Positions 58,815 through 64,000 of a stretch of 64,000 nt of DNA are shown in pieces. This DNA comes from an uncultured delta proteobacterium (lineage in GTDB: Bacteria; Desulfobacterota; Desulfobacteria; Desulfobacterales; JAHEIW01): contig CAVPNL010000006.1 in the NCBI GenBank assembly GCA_963706575.1, positions 288,001 to 352,000 on the forward strand. Direction: 5' to 3'. The notes under the pieces are model-generated. The model saw only the letters and a list, made by a program, of their open reading frames with translations, was not told where the DNA came from and ran no database searches. The translations under genes were made by a program, and so were the position numbers. Within the stretch, counting starts at the first letter, position 1. Each line of letters begins with the position of its first letter.

Positions 58815-59966
58815 ATGAACAAAGAAGCGATTAATAAATGGGTATTGTTGCTGCTGGTATTTTTTATTTCAGCGCTTTTTTTGTCGATGATCCGCCAGTT
58901 TCTGATGGCCATTTTCATGGCCGGTATTTTCTCGGCGCTGTCCTATCCTTTGTACCGGCGGTTTGAACGCTGGTTTAAAGGCCGGCGCACCCTGGCCTCC
59001 CTTGCGACCCTTGTTCTGATTATCGTTGTTGTTATTTTACCGCTGGGTGGGTTGCTGGGGATCGTTACCGGCCAGGCGATTAAGGTCGGCGAAGCCGTTA
59101 CACCCTGGGTGTCACGGCAACTCTCCCAACCGGATGCGATATCTGATGCGCTGAAATCTCTTCCGTTTTATGATAAAGTTGAGCCTTACCGCAATCTGAT
59201 TTTAACCAAAGCCGGAGAGTTGGTCGGCCATATCAGCGGCTTTTTAATCAACCGTCTTCGATCCGCTACCCTCGGTACGGTCAACTTCATATTTATGCTG
59301 TTCATCATGCTGTATACGATGTTCTTTTTTTTCATGGACGGCCCAAAATTGATCGATAAAATCCTCTATTACCTGCCGTTAGAGGATCACGATGAGCGCC
59401 TCATGCTGAACAAATTCACCTCGGTCACCCGCGCCACGCTTAAAGGCACGGCGGTCATCGGCATTTTGCAGGGTACATTGGCCGGAGCGGCCTTTGCCGT
59501 GGTGGGGATTGACAGTGCGGTGTTTTGGGGCACCATCATGGCGGTGCTGTCCTTTATCCCCGGCATTGGTACCGCTCTGGTATGGGTGCCGGCGGTAATT
59601 ATTCTGGCCGCCACCGGACACCCGGCCAAAGCCATCGGGCTAGGGGTGTTCTGTGCGGCGGTGGTCGGCAGCATTGATAATCTGCTGCGCCCCATTCTGG
59701 TGGGCAGAGACACCCAGATGCACGAATTAATGATCCTTTTCGGGACGCTGGGCGGCATTATCATGTTCGGTGTGCTGGGCATCATTATCGGCCCGATCAT
59801 CGCGGCCCTGTTTCTAACGGTATGGGAGATCTATGGTGTGGCGTTTCAGGATGTTTTGCCCACTGCGGCCGTCTCCGGGTCAGATGGTAAACCAAAGAAC
59901 TCAGGTGCTGAAATACTTTCCGATGATGTTGACGCTGATGCGGACGCTCCGCCGGAAGACCTTTAA
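58815..59966 (+). CDS. AI-2E family transporter
   Basis: FFFMDG, QG.L.G, IP.IG..LVWVP, DNLLRP, GG...FG..G.I.GP. Confidence 0.92.
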   Translation: MNKEAINKWVLLLLVFFISALFLSMIRQFLMAIFMAGIFSALSYPLYRRFERWFKGRRTLASLATLVLIIVVVILPLGGLLGIVTGQAIKVGEAVTPWVSRQLSQPDAISDALKSLPFYDKVEPYRNLILTKAGELVGHISGFLINRLRSATLGTVNFIFMLFIMLYTMFFFFMDGPKLIDKILYYLPLEDHDERLMLNKFTSVTRATLKGTAVIGILQGTLAGAAFAVVGIDSAVFWGTIMAVLSFIPGIGTALVWVPAVIILAATGHPAKAIGLGVFCAAVVGSIDNLLRPILVGRDTQMHELMILFGTLGGIIMFGVLGIIIGPIIAALFLTVWEIYGVAFQDVLPTAAVSGSDGKPKNSGAEILSDDVDADADAPPEDL

Positions 59967-60346
59967 ACATATGCCGTGGCTGTAATTTCCACCCGAGTGC
60001 CGAAAGGCAGACTGCCCGCCTGGATACAGGTTCGCGCCGGGCGGTTTTCTTTAAAATATTTTTTATAGACTTCGTTAAAGCGGGCGTACTCTTCGATGTC
60101 GAGTAGATAAACGGTAACCGTTAAAACCTTGTCCAGCGAAGATCCGGCCTCTTCTAAAATAATCCGCAGGTTTTCCAACCCCAGTTCGGCTTCTTCTTCC
60201 ACTGTACCCAGTTTGATTTCATTGGTCTGCGGATCGACCGCTCCCAGACCGGACAAATAAATGATTCCGTTGTGTATGATGGCCTGGGAATAGGGCCCGC
60301 CCGTCACCGCCGCCTTATCGGTTTGAAAAACTATTTTCTCTTCCAT
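59963..60346 (-). CDS. ridA: RidA family reactive intermediate deaminase
   Basis: GPYSQA, NL..IL..AG, FNEVY, PARTC, VEI. Confidence 0.88.
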   Translation of the reverse strand: MEEKIVFQTDKAAVTGGPYSQAIIHNGIIYLSGLGAVDPQTNEIKLGTVEEEAELGLENLRIILEEAGSSLDKVLTVTVYLLDIEEYARFNEVYKKYFKENRPARTCIQAGSLPFGTRVEITATAYV

Positions 60347-60428
60347 CTTTCTCCTATTCATTATTCATCGCAATGCTTTTCGTTTCATCCCCCAAATAGA
60401 GTATGTGGGAGCGGCATTTTGCCGCGAT

Positions 60429-60582
60429 ATACTAGAGTTCATCTCAAAAATGTCTTTTGTCCCAATATCTTTGTTGGAGCCTCGTTTTAAATCCTCGACA
60501 TACAACAGTATGCCTGCGGTTTAAAGCTCGGCCCCGCCGCGATCTTGAACCAAAATCCTATTTTTGAGATGGGTTCTAGTAT
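60429..60582. mobile_element. ~146-bp MITE-like structured element, divergent copy 3
   Basis: TIR ATACTAGAgttCATCTCAAAAAT/ATTTTTGAGATGggtTCTAGTAT; core CTCGACATAC-aaca-GTATGCCTGCG. Confidence 0.65.
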
Positions 60583-60595
60583 TTTGAACCGAGTT

Positions 60596-61291
60596 TTAGA
60601 TGCCGCAGATACGCCTGACCTCGTCATTGTCGATCAACTCTTCAACAGGTCCCTCGTAACAAATCCTGCCGTTGTCGATAATGTAGCCGTAGTCGCTTAA
60701 GGCCAGGGTGAATTTAAAGTTTTGTTCGGCGAGCAAAACGGTTAAGCCGACCTCTTTAAGCTTTTGGATGCGTTCTCCCAGAGTTTTCACCAGCACCGGC
60801 GCCAGCCCTTCGGTGGGTTCATCCAGCAAGAGAAACTGCGGATTGGTCATCAAGGCCCGTCCGACGGCCAGCATTTTTTGCTCGCCACCGCTCAGCAGTC
60901 CTCCCTTGCGGCTATCCATTTCTTTTAAGGCGGGAAATAAATCATAGACTTTTTGTTTATCCCATTGTTCGCCCGCGGCGCTGGCGCGTTCGGCAATTTC
61001 CAGATTCTCGCCGACGGTCAGGTCGGCAAAGATGCGGCGGTCATCCGGCACCCAGCCCATTCCTTGGCGGACGAGTTTATACGGCGGAGTCCCGGTTACA
61101 TCTGCATCATTAAACCGGATTTGACCCTGGGCGGGCGGATTTAAACCCATGATGCTTCTAAATGTGGTGGTCTTGCCGGCGCCGTTTCGTCCCAGCAGAC
61201 AGACGACCTGCCTCTTTTTGACTTTTAAAGACACATCAAAAAGAATGTGGCTCAAGCCGTAATAGGTGTGAATTCCTTCAACCTCGAGCAT
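60596..61291 (-). CDS. livF: Branched-chain amino acid type ABC ATPase
   Basis: GRNGAGKTT, LSGGEQ, LLDEPTEGLAP, AEQN. Confidence 0.92.
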   Translation of the reverse strand: MLEVEGIHTYYGLSHILFDVSLKVKKRQVVCLLGRNGAGKTTTFRSIMGLNPPAQGQIRFNDADVTGTPPYKLVRQGMGWVPDDRRIFADLTVGENLEIAERASAAGEQWDKQKVYDLFPALKEMDSRKGGLLSGGEQKMLAVGRALMTNPQFLLLDEPTEGLAPVLVKTLGERIQKLKEVGLTVLLAEQNFKFTLALSDYGYIIDNGRICYEGPVEELIDNDEVRRICGI

Positions 61292-62025
61292 TATTCGTCT
61301 CCCAGGTAGGCTTGCTGGACTTCGGTGTTCTGTTTCACGGTTTGCGGGTCGCCCTGGACGATGGTGCGGCCCTGCTGCATGACCATGATGCTTTGAGCCG
61401 TGCCAAAAACCACCTCCATGTCATGTTCGCAAAATAAAATCGTCAAGCCATGGTCTGCGGCCAAACGCTGTATCAGCGCCATGGTGGTGGCAGTTTCCTC
61501 CGGCGACATGCCGGCGGTGGGTTCGTCCAAAATCAGCAAGTGCGGTTCATTTCCCAGGGCAATGGCAATCTCCAGGGTGCGCTTGTCTCCGTGGGACAAC
61601 GAACCGGCCACATCCATTTTTTTATCCAATAGACCGACACTTTCCAGAATACGGTGGGTTTCTTCCACCACCAGTTGGGCCGCCGGCTGAAACAACTTAT
61701 CGCTGAGCTTCTGCTGGGAAAGAACCGAGATCTGCACATTGCGAAAGACTGAAAGCCGCGGGAAAACATTGGCAATCTGAAATGAGCGGGCGACGCCTTT
61801 GCGGCAGATGACATGCGGTGGCAATTTGCCGATATCTTCATCGTTTAACAGGATCTTGCCGCTGTCGGGCCGCAACTGCCCGGTAATCAGGTTGAACAAT
61901 GTGGTTTTACCGGCCCCGTTGGGCCCGATCACGGCCACCAGTTGTCCCTTTTCTACGGTTAAATGCGCAGCGTTTACGGCTTTAAAGTCATCAAATGATT
62001 TATGCAAATCCTCAACGTGCAGCAT
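61291..62025 (-). CDS. livG: Branched-chain amino acid type ABC ATPase
   Basis: GPNGAGKTT, LSHG, LDEPTAG, EHDM, AYLG. Confidence 0.92.
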   Translation of the reverse strand: MLHVEDLHKSFDDFKAVNAAHLTVEKGQLVAVIGPNGAGKTTLFNLITGQLRPDSGKILLNDEDIGKLPPHVICRKGVARSFQIANVFPRLSVFRNVQISVLSQQKLSDKLFQPAAQLVVEETHRILESVGLLDKKMDVAGSLSHGDKRTLEIAIALGNEPHLLILDEPTAGMSPEETATTMALIQRLAADHGLTILFCEHDMEVVFGTAQSIMVMQQGRTIVQGDPQTVKQNTEVQQAYLGDE

Positions 62026-62029
62026 TTAT

Positions 62030-63028
62030 TTACTCCATCTGGCCTTCGCTTGCATATTTCGCGCGGGACCGAAAAAGTTGTCGGTAATTATAGCCCATGA
62101 TGCCTTCGGGCAGAAAGAAAATCAGTAAAATTAAAATGATTCCCATAATGAGGGTCCAATATTCTCCGACGTTCTCTATCGGTCCGATATTCTGTATCAT
62201 ACCAACGAAGGTACGCAAGGAGACAATGATGACGGCGCCCAAAATGGGACCGGCAAATGTAAACCAGCCGCCCAGCAGACACATGATGAATATTTCAAGG
62301 GACAATACCCAGAACAGCAGATCCGGAAAAATCGATCCCTCCACCACCACAAAGAGGACGCCGGCAACGCCCCCGAAGAATGTAGCGATGACAATGGCCT
62401 TGAGCTGGTGGCGGCGCACATGGATGCCCACGGCGGCACAGCGCTCCGGGTTGTCGCGGATAGCCTCCAGTGTTGAGCCGAAAGGTGATTTTAAAATCAA
62501 ATACATCAGGACCAAACAAATTCCCAGGACAATCAACACAAAATAATAAGAACTGGTTGTGGATGCGATAAAATCAGGGATCGGGATGCCGTGAATCCCG
62601 TCATCGCCGCCGGTGAGGTCGTACCAACGAAATGCGATGGCCCAGATCAAGGATCCCAGCGAGATCTGCAGCATGCCGAAATACAATCTGTTCAAACGGA
62701 TACAGAATATGCCGATCAGCAAGCCGGCAAAAGCGGCCGCCAGAGGCCCGGCCATAAAAGCGATCCACCATGGCAGAGACGTCTTGGCCAATAACAGGCC
62801 GGCCGTATAGGCACCGACACCGTAAAAGACCCCGTGGTGGAATTGAAATATCATCCCATGGCCCACGCATAAATTTAAGCTCATGGCCAGCAGCACCGTA
62901 ACAAAGATGACGGCCAGAAAATAAATGTAGAATCTCGGCAGGAATGAGGGCGCCAGAAGCAGGATTGCAATAATAGCGACACTTACGCCGAAAGGCTTTT
63001 GCCGGATCATCTCACTAAACAATGCCAA
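62030..63028 (-). CDS. livM: Branched-chain amino acid type ABC permease
   Basis: TGGDDG, SPFG..LEAIRDN, GP.LGA. Confidence 0.9.
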   Translation of the reverse strand: MALFSEMIRQKPFGVSVAIIAILLLAPSFLPRFYIYFLAVIFVTVLLAMSLNLCVGHGMIFQFHHGVFYGVGAYTAGLLLAKTSLPWWIAFMAGPLAAAFAGLLIGIFCIRLNRLYFGMLQISLGSLIWAIAFRWYDLTGGDDGIHGIPIPDFIASTTSSYYFVLIVLGICLVLMYLILKSPFGSTLEAIRDNPERCAAVGIHVRRHQLKAIVIATFFGGVAGVLFVVVEGSIFPDLLFWVLSLEIFIMCLLGGWFTFAGPILGAVIIVSLRTFVGMIQNIGPIENVGEYWTLIMGIILILLIFFLPEGIMGYNYRQLFRSRAKYASEGQME

Positions 63029-63035
63029 TTCCTTT

Positions 63036-63932
63036 CTACCATACCGATTTCAGCATGCCGGTTGGTTTCAAAGTCAAAACAATCACCACCGCAAGGTATG
63101 GAAAGACAATGGCAAATTGCGGCCAGAATAACACACCAAAGGCTTGGGTGATGCCGAATATCAGGGAACCGACCAGGGCGCCCCACATGTTTCCCAGTCC
63201 ACCGATGGTGACGATCAGAAAGGCTTCAATGATGATGTCGTGGTCCATTCCCAGAGTAACACTGGTTATCGGTGAAACCAGGGCACCTCCCAGTCCGGCC
63301 AGCAAACAGCCTAAAACAAATGCGAAGGCAAACACCCAGCTGACATTGATGCCGATGGCACCGACCATTTCCATGTCAACGGCTGCAGCCCGGGCGATTT
63401 TGCCTATTTTGGTCTTACTTGAAAACAACCAGAGGCCGATGGCGACCAGCGGGCCGATGATCAACAGAAACAAATTGTATTTCGGAAAAGGCGATCCAAA
63501 AACAGACACAGATCCCTGGAGCATGGTTGGCGGCATAATCGATCTGTAATCTGCACCCCAGACCATTTTGGTTAAATCCCCCAGGATCAGCATCAGGGCA
63601 AATGTGAACAGCAGCAGCATGAGGTGTTCGCGCTGGTAAAGATGGCAGAACAACGACCGTTCGGCGACCAGGCTGATGAGAGCAACGACGAGTGGCGCAA
63701 AAATCAGGGCCAGCCAGAAGCCGACTGAACCCCCTCCGAACAGCATAGAGATACTGTAGGCCGCAAAAGCGCCGATCATATAAAGGGAGCCATGCGCCAC
63801 ATTGGGAACCCGCAGCACACCGAGCACAAAACTGAGCCCGGAGGTGACAATAAATAAAATCATGGCGCGACTCAGACCGACCAGAAATGTGATGCTCAAA
63901 GCCGATAGAGTTATTGCCTGTCCGCCTTCCAT
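63036..63932 (-). CDS. livH: Branched-chain amino acid type ABC permease
   Basis: NVAHG.LYM.GA, T..G...RA, IGGLG, P.G. Confidence 0.9.
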   Translation of the reverse strand: MEGGQAITLSALSITFLVGLSRAMILFIVTSGLSFVLGVLRVPNVAHGSLYMIGAFAAYSISMLFGGGSVGFWLALIFAPLVVALISLVAERSLFCHLYQREHLMLLLFTFALMLILGDLTKMVWGADYRSIMPPTMLQGSVSVFGSPFPKYNLFLLIIGPLVAIGLWLFSSKTKIGKIARAAAVDMEMVGAIGINVSWVFAFAFVLGCLLAGLGGALVSPITSVTLGMDHDIIIEAFLIVTIGGLGNMWGALVGSLIFGITQAFGVLFWPQFAIVFPYLAVVIVLTLKPTGMLKSVW

Positions 63933-64000
63933 GGTGAAGCTTCCTTAAATCAATTTAAATTAGAAGTATTCATTTAGCTGAATTGAAAATCAATGAAGGA

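Noticed and set aside
1..64000. tRNA/rRNA genes, transposases, integrases, selenocysteine read-through
   Set aside because: No recognisable motifs were seen by eye, and no protein appears cut at an in-frame TGA. tRNAscan and Infernal were not run.

Overview
This is a gene-dense chromosomal segment from an anaerobic deltaproteobacterium. Gene content and intergenic repeat style suggest Desulfobacterales, which is an inference. The left end carries respiratory arsenate reductase arrA (truncated by the window edge and absent from the ORF track). It sits under a clear sigma54 promoter with two upstream palindromes, next to an AioX-like periplasmic binding protein and a kinase-free, membrane-anchored HAMP-GAF-sigma54 activator. 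Two paralogous XRE regulators with 7-Cys 'two-CW' domains occur in the window, and a recurring palindrome YRCCAC-N3-GTGGYR marks the promoters of both, of the arr sensor genes, of arrA and of a larE-mnmA-metY-metX-metW sulfur cluster; this is a candidate undescribed regulon. Further on are moeA, a GAK-type amphi-Trp/XXXCH protein coupled to a PP2C phosphatase, a LysM lytic transglycosylase, an OmpA protein, ilvD, an NMT1-type ABC transporter with two apparent N-terminal frameshifts, lgt, c-di-GMP genes, lutABC and a qNor with an FNR-type box. A tightly coupled operon encodes a catalytically degenerate Cache-GAF-nucleotide cyclase, MlaE, a degenerate ABC ATPase, an MCE protein and a TPR lipoprotein. 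The window ends with a hybrid kinase, an AI-2E transporter, ridA and livHMGF. Intergenic DNA holds at least five families of small palindromic or periodic repeats, including a ~146-bp element with a covarying internal structure. No rRNA, tRNA, CRISPR array or transposase was seen. All calls come from reading motifs by eye; no database search was run.
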